DNA of 64,000 bases from Pseudomonadales bacterium (GCA_021295895.1 JAGWBM010000029.1:25857-89856), one strand, 5' to 3'. Positions 22,460 to 35,509 are shown, counted from the stretch's first letter. Numbers and translations are program-made. The notes: generated by a model not told the origin, from the letters alone.

Positions 22460-23563
22460 CTAGTCCAACGCGCGCGGGTAGGAACCGAGGTTCTTCACGC
22501 CGGTTGCGACTTCGTTCAGTTCGGCGAGCACTTCGCCGGTGGTGTCGTCGTCGCGATGCCCTTCGAAGTCGATGAAGAACACGTAGTCCCAGGAGGATGT
22601 CTGGGACGGCCGGGACTCGATTCGCGACAGGCTGATGTCGTGACGCTTGAACGGCGCGAGCACCTTGTAGAGGGCGCCCGGTTCGTTGCGCGTCGAAACG
22701 ATGATGGAGGTGCGGTCCCGTCCGGTCGGCTCGCCCTGCTGATTGCCGACCACGAAGAAACGGGTCTTGTTTCCCGGTTGGTCCTCGATGTTGGCGTGCA
22801 CCGTGTCAAGTCCGTAGCGGTCGGCGGCGGTTTCGCCGGCGATCGCTGCCACGCCGTCCGTTTCGGCAGCGATTCGCGCCGCCTCCGCATTGCTCGCGAC
22901 GGGTCGTCGGGACTGCGTGGGGTAGCGGAGGTCCAGCCAGTGCCGACATTGGGCGAGGGACTGCTCGTGGGAACAGATCTCGACGATCTTTTCGGGATCG
23001 CCATCGCGCCGAACGAGGAGGGCGTGATGGATGGGCAGTTCCACCTCCGCGCAGATGGTGAGCCTCGACGTCGTGAAGCAGTCAAGCGTGTGCTTCACCA
23101 TGCCGTCGGTGCTGTTCTCCACGGCGACCACCCCGTAGTGCGCTGCGCCGGACTCCACTTCGCGGAATACGTCGGCGACGGACGACAACGTCCGCATCTT
23201 CGCGAAGTGGCCGAACTGCTTGATCGCCGCCGCCTCGGTGTATGTGCCGGAGGGTCCGAGACAGGCGATGGTAAGCGGCTGTTCCAGCGACAGGCAGCAG
23301 GAGATGATCTCCCGGAACAGGCGTTCGATGTGGGCGTCCGGCAACGGCCCTTCGTTCTCTTCGCGAAGTCGGGCGAGGATCGCGGCCTCCCGTTCCGGGC
23401 GGTAGTAGGCCGGCGCGTTGGCATCCAGGCGGGTCTTCAGTCGGGCGATTCCCTCGGCACAGGCGGCGCGGTCGTTGAGCAGTGTCCGAAGTTGGCGGTC
23501 GATCGCGTCGATGCGATCACGCAGTTCGCGCAACTCCTTGCTCTCTGATTTCGCCGTGGTCAC
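22460..23563 (-). CDS. pheA: chorismate mutase / prephenate dehydratase (P-protein)
   Basis: LRDRIDAID, YRPERE, LGPSGTY, VENSTDG, NKTRF, IESRPS. Confidence 0.96.
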   Translation of the reverse strand: MTTAKSESKELRELRDRIDAIDRQLRTLLNDRAACAEGIARLKTRLDANAPAYYRPEREAAILARLREENEGPLPDAHIERLFREIISCCLSLEQPLTIACLGPSGTYTEAAAIKQFGHFAKMRTLSSVADVFREVESGAAHYGVVAVENSTDGMVKHTLDCFTTSRLTICAEVELPIHHALLVRRDGDPEKIVEICSHEQSLAQCRHWLDLRYPTQSRRPVASNAEAARIAAETDGVAAIAGETAADRYGLDTVHANIEDQPGNKTRFFVVGNQQGEPTGRDRTSIIVSTRNEPGALYKVLAPFKRHDISLSRIESRPSQTSSWDYVFFIDFEGHRDDDTTGEVLAELNEVATGVKNLGSYPRALD

Positions 23564-23568
23564 CCGAT

Positions 23569-24645
23569 CTACCCGTGCTCGGCTTCGAAACTCGCCATGT
23601 AGTCGACGAGGGCGTCGACCGCCTTCTCGCTGACGGCATTGTAGAGACTTGCACGCATGCCCCCAACGCTGCGATGACCCTTCAGGTTGAGCAGGCGCCT
23701 TTTCTCTGCGCCGGCGAGGAACGCCGCGTCGAGGGCCGTATCGGCGAGGGTAAACGGTACGTTCATGATTGATCGGTCGCGCCGGGCGACGGGTGCGCGG
23801 TAGAAGTTGCTGGCGTCGATGGCGGCGTAGAGCTTTTCCGCCTTGCGTCGGTTGACTTCCGCCATCTTGGACACGCCGCCCGCGGTCTTGAGCCACCGCA
23901 GCACGAGAGCGGCCAGATAGATCGCAAACGTCGGCGGGGTGTTGAACATCGAACCGTGCTCGGCTTGGATGCCGTAGTCGAGCGGACGCGGCGTTCCCGG
24001 ACGGGATCGCCCGGCGAGATCCTTGCGCACGATGACCACGGCGAACCCGGCGGGCCCGATGTTCTTTTGGGCACCGGCGTAGATGAGGCCGAACCGGGTC
24101 ACGTCGATGGGTCGCGACAGCAGTTCCGAGGACATGTCCGCGACGAGTGGCGAAGGCGTATCGGGGAAGTCGTGGAACTGCACGCCGCCGATGGTCTCGT
24201 TGGAGACGATGTGGCAATAGGCGGCGTCCGGTGTCAGCCGCCAGGACGGCCGCGCGGGAATGTGATCGAAGTCCGTCGCCTCGGCAGTGGCCGCCACGTT
24301 GACCGTCGCCAGACGTTCGGCTTCGGCGATGGCCTTGGTGCCCCAGGAGCCGGTGTGAATGTAGTCGACCGTGTCTCGGGGGCCGCACAGGTTGAACGGT
24401 ATGGCCGCAAATTGCATCGACGCGCCGCCCTGCAGGAAGAGCACGTGGTAGTCGTCGTCGATGCCGAGCAGTTCTCGCAGATCCGCTTCCGCGCCCTCCG
24501 CGATCTCCATGAACTCCTTGGACCGGTGGCTCATCTCCATCACCGAGAGGCCCTTGCCCTGGTAGTCCAGAAGCTCGTCCCGGGCCTGTTCGAGCACACT
24601 GTCGGGCAATGCCGCCGGTCCCGGCGAAAAGTTGAACGCGCGCAT
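23569..24645 (-). CDS. serC: phosphoserine aminotransferase
   Basis: NFSPGPA, EMSHRS, YAGAQKNIGPAG, GHRSVGGMRASLYNA. Confidence 0.97.
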   Translation of the reverse strand: MRAFNFSPGPAALPDSVLEQARDELLDYQGKGLSVMEMSHRSKEFMEIAEGAEADLRELLGIDDDYHVLFLQGGASMQFAAIPFNLCGPRDTVDYIHTGSWGTKAIAEAERLATVNVAATAEATDFDHIPARPSWRLTPDAAYCHIVSNETIGGVQFHDFPDTPSPLVADMSSELLSRPIDVTRFGLIYAGAQKNIGPAGFAVVIVRKDLAGRSRPGTPRPLDYGIQAEHGSMFNTPPTFAIYLAALVLRWLKTAGGVSKMAEVNRRKAEKLYAAIDASNFYRAPVARRDRSIMNVPFTLADTALDAAFLAGAEKRRLLNLKGHRSVGGMRASLYNAVSEKAVDALVDYMASFEAEHG

Positions 24646-24650
24646 ACGGG

Positions 24651-27347
<2,697 letters not shown>

Positions 27348-27375
27348 GGCTTTGAGCGCGCGCGGGGTTAAACCG

Positions 27376-27399
27376 CCAATTCTACCACGCCCGTATAAT
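27376..27399. promoter_or_regulatory. back-to-back divergent -10 boxes for gyrA and mtaD
   Basis: Plus-strand TATAAT at 27394-27399, 6 nt before the mtaD ATG; minus-strand TGGTAGAAT (extended -10) at 27379-27387. Confidence 0.55.
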
Positions 27400-27405
27400 C
27401 AACCG

Positions 27406-28761
27406 ATGCCTGAACCTTCCTCTAATCCGTTATTCCCGCAGGGGTCCGAAGCCGCCGATCTGGTTATTTCGCCGCGTCTTCTACTGCCCGTCGCACCGCG
27501 CAACGAGGCCTTGGAAGGCTTAAGCGTCGCCTTTCGCGGCGGTTCGATCACCGCACTCGGACATCGCGACGAAGTCCTCGCCGAACACCCAAACACGCCG
27601 CACCTCGAACTCGGCCACCACGCGCTCCTGCCCGGCCTCGTGAACGCGCACGGCCACCTGGCGATGTCCCTGCTGCGCGGCCTCGGGGAATCCGAATCCC
27701 TCACCGATTGGCTGAACAACACCATCTGGCCGCTGGAAGCGCGGTGGATGGACGAGGGCTTCGTGCGAGACGGTACCCGACTCGCCGTTGCGGAGATGGT
27801 GGCCACGGGCACGACGACCGCCTCGGACATGTACTACTTCCCGGAGACGGCGGCCTTGGCCTGTCGCGACGCCGGCTTCCGACTCCAGGCGGCGTTCCCG
27901 CTCATCGAGATTCCCAACGCCTATTCGTCGGACTTCGACGAATGCCTCGCCAAGGGGCTCGCGCTCCGCGACCGGTTTCGCGATGACGGCCTGATCACCA
28001 CCTGTTTCGGCCCTCATTCCGCCTACACCGTCGACCCGAAACGGCTGCGCCGAGTCGCGGTCCTGGCGGACGAAGTCGATGCGGACGTGCACATCCACCT
28101 CCACGAGACCGAAGCGGAGGTTGCCGGTGCCCGCGACGCCCAAGGTGGCACCTGGATCCGGATCCTGGACGAGATCGGCCTCTTGACCGAGCGTCTTCAG
28201 GCCGTCCACATGACCGCCGTCACCGACGCCGAGATCGACCTCGTGTCCGAGCGCGGCGTGCGGGTCGTACATTGCCCCCACTCCAACATGAAACTGGCGA
28301 GCGGCATCTGCCCCGTGACCAAGTTCCGCGCCGCAGGCGCCACCGTCGGCCTCGGCACCGACGGCGCGGCTTCGAACAACGGCCTCGACATGTTCGCCGA
28401 AGCGCGCCTCGCGGCACTTCTCGCCAAGAGCGGGGATGCCGACCCGACCGTGCTGCCCGCCGCCGACATCATCGCCATGGCGACCTTGGGCGGTGCCCGC
28501 GCGATCGGCTTGGACGAACAAATCGGCTCCATCGAGGCGGGCAAGCGCGCCGACCTGGTCGCCGTCGACCTCAACCACCCAGCCATGCAACCGGTCAACG
28601 ACCCGCACGCCGCTCTCGTGCACTCGGATGCCGGTGCACGCGTCACGCACACCTTCATCGACGGGCAATGCGTCTACGAGAACGGCGTATGGAAAACGCT
28701 CGACATCGACGAGGTTCTCGCCAATGCCGTGTCTTGGCGTACGAGGTTAAACGGGGACTGA
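27406..28761 (+). CDS. TRZ/ATZ-family amidohydrolase (MTA/SAH deaminase-like)
   Basis: PGLVNAHGH, PHSAYT, HIHLHET, GTDGAASNN; usual gyrA-divergent position. Confidence 0.9.
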   Translation: MPEPSSNPLFPQGSEAADLVISPRLLLPVAPRNEALEGLSVAFRGGSITALGHRDEVLAEHPNTPHLELGHHALLPGLVNAHGHLAMSLLRGLGESESLTDWLNNTIWPLEARWMDEGFVRDGTRLAVAEMVATGTTTASDMYYFPETAALACRDAGFRLQAAFPLIEIPNAYSSDFDECLAKGLALRDRFRDDGLITTCFGPHSAYTVDPKRLRRVAVLADEVDADVHIHLHETEAEVAGARDAQGGTWIRILDEIGLLTERLQAVHMTAVTDAEIDLVSERGVRVVHCPHSNMKLASGICPVTKFRAAGATVGLGTDGAASNNGLDMFAEARLAALLAKSGDADPTVLPAADIIAMATLGGARAIGLDEQIGSIEAGKRADLVAVDLNHPAMQPVNDPHAALVHSDAGARVTHTFIDGQCVYENGVWKTLDIDEVLANAVSWRTRLNGD

Positions 28762-28784
28762 GACGATCCTGTCGGTGTGGAGCT

Positions 28785-28975
28785 TCAGTTGGGGGCTGCC
28801 CCGGCGAGTTCCCCGTCGATCACGTCGCCCTTCGTGGTCTCCACCACCGAGATGTCGAACTGCGTCTGTAGGTTCATCCACAAGGCCGCACCCGTGCCGA
28901 AGTAGCGGCCTAGGCGGACGGCGGTCTCGGCCGTAACGGCGCGTCTCCCGCGAATTACGGCGGTTATCCGGTCAA
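28785..28975 (-). pseudogene. HigA/VapI antitoxin, C-terminal half only
   Basis: RITAVIRGRRAVTAETAVRLGRYFGTGAALWMNLQTQFD is the HigA signature; no N-terminal HPGE segment and no toxin. Confidence 0.75.
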
Positions 28976-29034
28976 AGGGCGGGCAACGACCAGTGGTATC
29001 GTGGCAGACGAGGACGTCACACGGTCCATGGAAA

Positions 29035-29739
29035 ATGATCAACGCCGACGCGGATGAGATCGCCAAGTTCGAGGCGCTGGCGCATCGCTGGTGGGATACG
29101 GACGGCGACTTCAAGCCGCTGCACGACATCAACGGTCCGCGCTTGGCCTACATGAAGCAGCGTGCGGATGTCGTGTTCGAGGAGTCCCGGGTGCTGGATG
29201 TCGGCTGCGGAGGAGGACTGGTGACCGAGGCGTTCGCGGATCTCGGCGCCGACGTGACAGGCATCGATGCGGGTGAAGCGCCGTTGGCGGTGGCCCGGCT
29301 GCATGCTGCCGAGCGTGGTCTGGAGGGCATCGAATACGTCCGGGCGACGGCGGAGACCTTCCTCGAGACGCAACCCGGGGAGTACGACCTCGTGGCGTGC
29401 CTCGAGACGCTCGAACACGTGCCGGACATCGATTCAACCGTACAAGCGTTGGCGGGGCTCGCCACGCCGGGCGGCGATGTCTTCCTCGCCACCATCAACC
29501 GGACGCCCAAGGCGTTCGCCTTGGCCATCGTCGGGGCCGAGTACGCTCTCAACATTCTCCCCAAGGGTACCCACCGCTACGAGAAACTGATTCGCCCGTC
29601 GGAGTTGGCCCGGGCTTGCCGGGATGCCGGGTTGGCGGTGTTGGACATCACCGGGGTTTCGTACAACCCGTTCACGCGCCGTTGCCGATTCGTCAACGAC
29701 GTGGGCGTCAACTACATGCTGCATGCCCGGAAAAGCTGA
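29035..29739 (+). CDS. ubiG: ubiquinone biosynthesis O-methyltransferase
   Basis: NADADEIAKF..WWD..FKPLHDIN, LDVGCGGG, LPKGTH. Confidence 0.96.
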   Translation: MINADADEIAKFEALAHRWWDTDGDFKPLHDINGPRLAYMKQRADVVFEESRVLDVGCGGGLVTEAFADLGADVTGIDAGEAPLAVARLHAAERGLEGIEYVRATAETFLETQPGEYDLVACLETLEHVPDIDSTVQALAGLATPGGDVFLATINRTPKAFALAIVGAEYALNILPKGTHRYEKLIRPSELARACRDAGLAVLDITGVSYNPFTRRCRFVNDVGVNYMLHARKS

Positions 29740-30496
29740 CCGGGCGTACCACCCGCGCGTCGATCTTCTCGCCGGCCGGGTCGTCCTGGTAACGGGTGCC
29801 GGCGATGGCATCGGTCGTGTCGCGGCCCTGGCTTACGCCGAGCACGGTGCCCATGTGGTGCTGTTGGGTCGAACGGAAAGCAAGCTCGAGGCCGTGTTCG
29901 ACCTCATCGAGGCCAATACCGAGACGCGTCCCGTGGTGGTGCCCGCCGACCTCGAACACGCGAGCGAAGACGCGGCGACGGCTCTCTACCACGCCATACG
30001 TCGCGAATACGGGCGATTGGACGGCATTCTCCACAACGCCGGGCTATTGGGTCCGCGTGCCCCCATCGCGGAGTACCCCGTCTCGGACTGGCTCGAGGTC
30101 ATGCACGTCAATGTAAACGCCGCGTTCATCGTCACCCGAGCCCTGATGCCGTTGCTTGGGGAGTCCGCCGATGCGTCGGTGGTGTTCACCTCCTCCGGCG
30201 TCGGTCGCCGCGGACGGGCCGAATGGGGCGCCTACGCGGTCTCGAAGTTCGCGCTCGAAGGACTCACGGAGGTACTCGCCGACGAGACGGCGGGCGCGGG
30301 CCGCATTCGGATCAATTCGTTGAACCCGGGAGCGACGAGAACCGCGATGCGCGCAGCCGCCTACCCCGACGAAGACCCCGGGACCCTGCCGCCCCCGGAG
30401 GACCACATGGGACTCTACCTCTACCTGATGGGCCCTGATTCGAAGGGCGTCACCGGCGGACGTTTCGACGCGGCTTCCTGGGCAGGACCGCCCTGA
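29723..30496 (+). CDS. yciK: YciK-family short-chain oxidoreductase
   Basis: VTGAGDGIG, YAVSK, NPGATRTAMRAAAYP. Confidence 0.88.
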   Translation: MPGKADRAYHPRVDLLAGRVVLVTGAGDGIGRVAALAYAEHGAHVVLLGRTESKLEAVFDLIEANTETRPVVVPADLEHASEDAATALYHAIRREYGRLDGILHNAGLLGPRAPIAEYPVSDWLEVMHVNVNAAFIVTRALMPLLGESADASVVFTSSGVGRRGRAEWGAYAVSKFALEGLTEVLADETAGAGRIRINSLNPGATRTAMRAAAYPDEDPGTLPPPEDHMGLYLYLMGPDSKGVTGGRFDAASWAGPP

Positions 30497-30652
30497 TCGG
30501 GTAGCGGTTGGACTCGGATCGCCCTGGGTGTAAGCCGAGACTCACGCAACATTCAGCCGTTTCCTACAGACTCCGCGAGGTGCCATCCGCGAGCATCGCC
30601 CTATGCTACGGTTTCGACTCGAAGGAGTTCGCCAATGGCCGAAGCCGCCTTG

Positions 30653-30720
30653 GGCGAACCCTTGTGGTCGCCCCCATGGGATCGGTTCGCCAACACGGGA
30701 CGGGACGAGCCCGTCCCTAC
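30653..30720. repeat. GTAG-REP doublet; contains the rluB stop
   Basis: GGGCGAACCCTTGTGGTCGCCC and CGGGACGGGACGAGCCCGTCCCTAC. Confidence 0.75.
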
Positions 30721-31544
30721 GGGCCGTTGTTCTTCGTGACTGTTTCGTTCGCTAAGCTGGGATAGGCAATCAGCATCGTCCGCGACGGTTGTTTCCGTCC
30801 TTTGCGCTTGTCCGGTGGCATGCCGACGATCGATCGCAACTGCGCGACGTCGTCGTCCCCCATTTCTTCCCAGGCACCCCTCGGCAGCCACGCTGGGAGA
30901 ATCACCGGGCCATAACGGACGCGCTTCAACCGGCTGACCGTGACTCCCTGGCTTGCAAAGAGCTCGCGGACCTCGCGGTTGCGACCCTCCATCAACACCA
31001 CGTGGTACCAGTGGTTCGTCCCCGACCCGTCGTAGTAGCGAATGTCGCTGAACGATTCGATGTGGCCGTTCACCTCGACACCCGCCTTTAGACGCCCGAG
31101 TGCCTCGTCGTCGAGCAGACCCGCAACGCGCACCGCGTATTCCCGGTCGATGCCGGTGCTCGGGTGGCTCAGGCGATGTGCCAGATCGCCGTCGTTGGTG
31201 AATAGCAGAAGCCCCGTGGTCTGGAGATCCAGGCGACCGACGGATATCCAGCGACCGGTCCTCGGCTGCGGAAGGTCGTCGAACACGGATGGTCGACCTT
31301 CCGGGTCGCGGCGGGAGACGATGACGCCGGCGCGCTTGTTGAGGACGATGACGCGAGACGTGGCGGCGGACGCCTTGGCCACCTTGCGCCCATCCGCAAC
31401 GATGTCGTCGGTGGCGTCCACGCGCGCGCCGATCTGGGCGACTCGCCCGTTGACGGTTACCCGGCCGGCGGCTATCCACCGCTCCATCTCACGACGGGAG
31501 CCGAAGCCGCGGTCGGCAAGAGCTTTTTGGAGTTTCTTCGTCAT
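30717..31544 (-). CDS. rluB: 23S rRNA pseudouridine synthase B
   Basis: S4 domain KLQKALA..GSRRE, VGRLD, EGRNREVR. Confidence 0.92.
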   Translation of the reverse strand: MTKKLQKALADRGFGSRREMERWIAAGRVTVNGRVAQIGARVDATDDIVADGRKVAKASAATSRVIVLNKRAGVIVSRRDPEGRPSVFDDLPQPRTGRWISVGRLDLQTTGLLLFTNDGDLAHRLSHPSTGIDREYAVRVAGLLDDEALGRLKAGVEVNGHIESFSDIRYYDGSGTNHWYHVVLMEGRNREVRELFASQGVTVSRLKRVRYGPVILPAWLPRGAWEEMGDDDVAQLRSIVGMPPDKRKGRKQPSRTMLIAYPSLANETVTKNNGP

Positions 31545-31615
31545 GGATCGAGAGCCCTCAGCCGGGGAGCGCCAGGACTTGCCTCTCGCAAGAAGAGCCG
31601 GCGGACGGACGCTTG

Positions 31616-32314
31616 TCAGCGGTCAGGCGGATCGGCCGGTCGGGGCATCTGGATGATCTCGGCCATTCGCCGCGGCGGCGTTGCTTCGCCCTGTTCCTCA
31701 ACCGGACCCTGCTCCTCGACGGGGGCCTCCTCCTCGGCGGGTTCTTCCGATGCTGTGGCGTCGTCGAGGACCGGTTTCATCAGGGACTCGATCTCGTCCA
31801 TCGGCGGCAGGTCGTCGAGGCTTTTTAGATTGAAGTAGTCGAGGAAGGCGCGGGTCGTCCCGTACAGTGCCGGTCGTCCCGGCGTCTCGCGTTCACCGAC
31901 GATGCGGACCCAGCCACGTTCTAAGAGTGTGCGCATGATGGACTGGCTTACTGACACGCCGCGGATGTCCTCGATGTCGCCCCGGGTCACCGGCTGTCGG
32001 TAGACGATCAATGCCAACGTCTCGAACAGCGCCCGCGAGTACCGCGGCGGGCGTTCTTCGAACAGGCGACTGACCCAGGGGCTGAATTGCTGCCGTACCT
32101 GGAATCGAAAGCCGCTCGCCACGCGGACTAGCTCGAATCCGCGGTGGCTGGTGGCCTCGCCGATCGCGTCGAGAGCCGCCCGAAGTGCGCCGCGGGGATT
32201 CTCATCCGGCAGTTCGCCGGGGGCGAACAGCTTGATCAGCCGGTCCATGCTCACCGGCTCGTCCGCCGCCAGCAGGGTTGCTTCGACGATGCGCTCGATC
32301 TGATCGGCCTCCAT
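31616..32314 (-). CDS. scpB: SMC-Scp complex subunit ScpB
   Basis: VASGFRFQ, YSRALFETLALI.YRQPVTRGDIEDIRGV, PGRPALYGTT. Confidence 0.95.
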   Translation of the reverse strand: MEADQIERIVEATLLAADEPVSMDRLIKLFAPGELPDENPRGALRAALDAIGEATSHRGFELVRVASGFRFQVRQQFSPWVSRLFEERPPRYSRALFETLALIVYRQPVTRGDIEDIRGVSVSQSIMRTLLERGWVRIVGERETPGRPALYGTTRAFLDYFNLKSLDDLPPMDEIESLMKPVLDDATASEEPAEEEAPVEEQGPVEEQGEATPPRRMAEIIQMPRPADPPDR

Positions 32315-33264
32315 CACGCGTCCCCCCCGGTTTCGGCGCCGGTCTCCACCAGATCCTGCGTCGGCTCGGCTTGCGGGGCGCAAACGAAGATGGGTCCAAA
32401 GGGCTCGCTCTGCACCAGATCGATCAACGCATCGCGGAGCAATTCCATGAGCGCGAGGAAGGTCACCACGACGCCGCTGCGGCCCTCGTCCAGGTCGAAC
32501 AGGGAGGCGAAGGGCACCAGGGCGGCTTGACCGTTGACGCGAGCCAGCACGTCGGTCATGCGTTCACGCACCGACAATCCCTCCCGTGGGATCGTGTGGC
32601 GCTTCTGCAACTCGGCGCGTTTGAGTACGTCCGCAAGGGCCACCAGCACCTCTTTCAGGCCGACGCTGGGATGCGCGTGACGCTTCACCGGTTCCGGCTT
32701 CACGGCGTGGGCGGTGTGCAGGTCGCGTTCGAGCCTCGGCAGTTCGTCCAGCCGACCTGCCGCCTCCTTGACGCGCTCGTAGTCTCTCAAGCGTCGAATG
32801 AGCGTCTCGCGGGGATCCTCCTCGTCCTCGTCCTCTTCCCCCGGTTGCTGCAGGAGCATGCGCGATTTGATCTCCGCGAGTGTCGCCGCCATCACCAGGT
32901 ACTCGCCGGCCAATTCGAGCTTCAGCACCTTCATCAATTCGATGTGGCGCATGTACTGTTCGGTGATTTCGGACACCCGGATGTCCAGGATGTCGATGTT
33001 CTGGCGACGGATCAGGTACAGCAACAGGTCCATGGGTCCTTCGAAAGCCTCGAGGAAAACTTCGAGGGCGTCCGGCGGGACGTAGAGGTCGGTCGGCAGG
33101 TCGCGGTACACCTTGCCCCTGACCAGGGCAACGATCTTGTCGTCGCGTTGTTTCGCGTCGTGCAGGCGGTTCGAGCCTCGTTCGAGCGGATCGCCCTCGG
33201 GTCCGGCGTCGCCGGTCCCACCGGGGCCGGGCCGTCGGACGTTGTCGTCGTCCGAGGTGGTCAT
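32314..33264 (-). CDS. scpA: segregation/condensation protein A
   Basis: FEGPMDLLLYLI, EYLVMAATLAEIKSRMLL, VVTFLALMEL. Confidence 0.95.
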   Translation of the reverse strand: MTTSDDDNVRRPGPGGTGDAGPEGDPLERGSNRLHDAKQRDDKIVALVRGKVYRDLPTDLYVPPDALEVFLEAFEGPMDLLLYLIRRQNIDILDIRVSEITEQYMRHIELMKVLKLELAGEYLVMAATLAEIKSRMLLQQPGEEDEDEEDPRETLIRRLRDYERVKEAAGRLDELPRLERDLHTAHAVKPEPVKRHAHPSVGLKEVLVALADVLKRAELQKRHTIPREGLSVRERMTDVLARVNGQAALVPFASLFDLDEGRSGVVVTFLALMELLRDALIDLVQSEPFGPIFVCAPQAEPTQDLVETGAETGGDA

Positions 33265-34475
33265 CGGTGCGCGATGCCCACGGCGGCCTTGACGTCCTCC
33301 AGGGTTTCCCGCGCCTCCTCGCGGGCGGCCTCGGACCCTTCGATTAGGACGCTACGGACGAGGTCGGGATTGTTCTCGAACTGTTCGGCACGCTCGATGA
33401 ACGGGGCCTGTTCGCGGTTGATGGCGTCGATGAGGGGCCCCTTGCAGTCGATGCATCCGATGCCGGCGCTTCGACAACCATCGGCGGCCCAGGTCTTGGT
33501 GTCGTCGTCCGAGTAGATCTCGTGCAGCGAGAACACCGGGCACTTGTCCGGATCGCCCGGGTCTTCGCGACGTACGCGCGCCGGGTCCGTGACCATCGTG
33601 CGAACCTTCTGCTCGACCACCTCCGGGCTTTCCCGCAATCGGATCGCGTTGTTGTAGGACTTCGACATCTTGCGTCCGTCGATGCCGGGTACCAGCGGTG
33701 CCTCCGTCAAGAGCGCCTGGGGCTCCGGTAGGATGATGCGCCCGCTACCTTCCAGGTAGCCGAACAGGCGCTCGCGGTTGCCGATGGAGAGATTCTGCTG
33801 TTCGGCCAGTAGCGCCTGGGCTCGAGACAAGGCTTCGGTGTCGCCTCGCTCTAGGTAGTCCCGGCGGGCATTTCGGTAGAGGCGGGCCTGCTTCTTGCCC
33901 ATCTGGGCTATGGCGCCCTCGGCGTGCGTCTCGAACTGTGGCTCCCGACCGAAGACGTGGTTGAAACGACGGGCGATCTCGCGTGACAGTTCCAGGTGCG
34001 CGACCTGGTCGCCGCCGACCGGCACATGGCCAGCGCGGTACATCAGGATGTCCGCCGCTTGCAGCACGGGATATCCCAGGAAACCATAGGTTCCGAGATC
34101 CCGGTCGCGGAGATTCGCCAGCTGGTCCTTGTAGGTCGGTACGCGTTCGAGCCAGGACACAGGCGTGATCATCGATAGCAGAAGGTGCAGTTCCGCGTGT
34201 TCCGGAACCTTGCTCTGGACGAAGATGGTTGCCGCCCCGGGGCTAAGGCCCACCGCCAGCCAGTCGACCACGGTGTCGAACGTGAACTGCTCGATGTTCT
34301 CGGTGTCCTGGTAGCCGGTGGTCAGCGCGTGGAAGTCCGCCACGAAGAAGTAGCAGTCGTATTCGTGCTGAAGCTGTACCCAATTCTTCAGGGCACCGTG
34401 GTAGTGGCCGATGTGCATGCGACCGGTGGGCCGCATCCCCGACAATACCCGCTGATCGGAGTCGCTGCTGCTCAA
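33261..34475 (-). CDS. trpS: tryptophanyl-tRNA synthetase
   Basis: SGMRPTG..HIGH, GYPVLQAADI, KMSKS; TTG start chosen, as the longer ORF runs through a REP doublet. Confidence 0.95.
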   Translation of the reverse strand: MSSSDSDQRVLSGMRPTGRMHIGHYHGALKNWVQLQHEYDCYFFVADFHALTTGYQDTENIEQFTFDTVVDWLAVGLSPGAATIFVQSKVPEHAELHLLLSMITPVSWLERVPTYKDQLANLRDRDLGTYGFLGYPVLQAADILMYRAGHVPVGGDQVAHLELSREIARRFNHVFGREPQFETHAEGAIAQMGKKQARLYRNARRDYLERGDTEALSRAQALLAEQQNLSIGNRERLFGYLEGSGRIILPEPQALLTEAPLVPGIDGRKMSKSYNNAIRLRESPEVVEQKVRTMVTDPARVRREDPGDPDKCPVFSLHEIYSDDDTKTWAADGCRSAGIGCIDCKGPLIDAINREQAPFIERAEQFENNPDLVRSVLIEGSEAAREEARETLEDVKAAVGIAHR

Positions 34476-34506
34476 GGTTGGTTCGGTTGCCTCTTCAACA
34501 ACGCCC

Positions 34507-34587
34507 GTAGGGCACGGGCTTGTCCCGTTCCAAACACCCATGCCCGGTGCGGGCGGGGATAAGCCCTGGGATAAGCCCCGCCCCGAC
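34507..34587. repeat. GTAG-REP doublet with an internal duplication
   Basis: GTAGGGCACGGGCTTGTCCCGTTCC and GGGCGGGGATAAGCCC(TGGGATAAGCCC)CGCCCCGAC. Confidence 0.7.
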
Positions 34588-34764
34588 GAGACTGTTGCGG
34601 CGGGCCCTGGATTCGCCGACGTCGTGGAATCTAGCGCGTCTCGCGAGTACGCGAGCCGTCCAAGAGCAATTCGCGGCACCTCTCACGAAACTTGGTTCAA
34701 GTGTAAAGAAGCCGACATCAACGGTCGCCCGGCGGACTGGTTCATGAGAAGCAGTATAGCGTGG

Positions 34765-35379
34765 TCAGATGTCCAGCGTGCCGACGCCGTCCCGCACGAC
34801 CCGGGCGTCGCCGGACGTGAGATCCACAACGGTGGTGGGCTGCACGCCCCCGATGCCACCGTCGACGATGACGTCCACCGCGTGTTCGAGCCCGGCGCGT
34901 TCCATCTCCATGTCGGTGAGCGGCAGGCTGGCACCGGGCAGGAGCGCCGTGGTCGACATGATCGGTTCGCCGAGGGCGGTCAGGATGGCTTGGGCGATGA
35001 CGGCGTCCGGGACGCGTAGGCCGATCGTCCGGCGTTGCCGATGCACGAGCCGGCGGGGCACCTCGCGGGTGGCCGTCAGTACGAAAGTCATCGGTCCCGG
35101 CAGGTGGCGCTTGAGGATGCGGTAGCTGGTGTTGTCCACGCGGGCGTAGGTCGCCAGTTCGGACAGGTCGCGGCACACCAGGGTGAGGTGGTGATCCTTG
35201 GGCAACTGGCGAAGCGACCGAATCCGGTCGGCGGCATCCTTGTCCCCCAGTCGGCATCCGAGGGCGTACGTGGAGTCGGTGGGGTAGACGATGACGCCAC
35301 CGCCCGCGACGATCTCGGCGGCGCGGTTGACTAGCCGCGGCTGCGGGTGCGTGGGATGAACGACGAGGTATTGGCTCAA
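34765..35379 (-). CDS. yciO: YciO / Sua5-YrdC family protein
   Basis: HPTHPQPRL, YPTDSTYALGC, LPGPMTF, TIGLRVP. Confidence 0.9.
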   Translation of the reverse strand: MSQYLVVHPTHPQPRLVNRAAEIVAGGGVIVYPTDSTYALGCRLGDKDAADRIRSLRQLPKDHHLTLVCRDLSELATYARVDNTSYRILKRHLPGPMTFVLTATREVPRRLVHRQRRTIGLRVPDAVIAQAILTALGEPIMSTTALLPGASLPLTDMEMERAGLEHAVDVIVDGGIGGVQPTTVVDLTSGDARVVRDGVGTLDI

Positions 35380-35509
35380 GGTGGGCGACGGTGCGTTATG
35401 ATGGCGGCGCATGATACGACAGTGCGCCGGTCTAATGGCCGCGCCATCGACATCCGCTGCAGTCGGGCCAAACCGCCGCCTACGCAACAACCTATCCTCT
35501 CCTAGCACC

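Noticed and set aside
34476..34679. 68-aa N-terminal extension of TrpS through a REP doublet
   Set aside because: A TTG at 34475 gives a normal-length N-terminus, so translation of the REPs is not required
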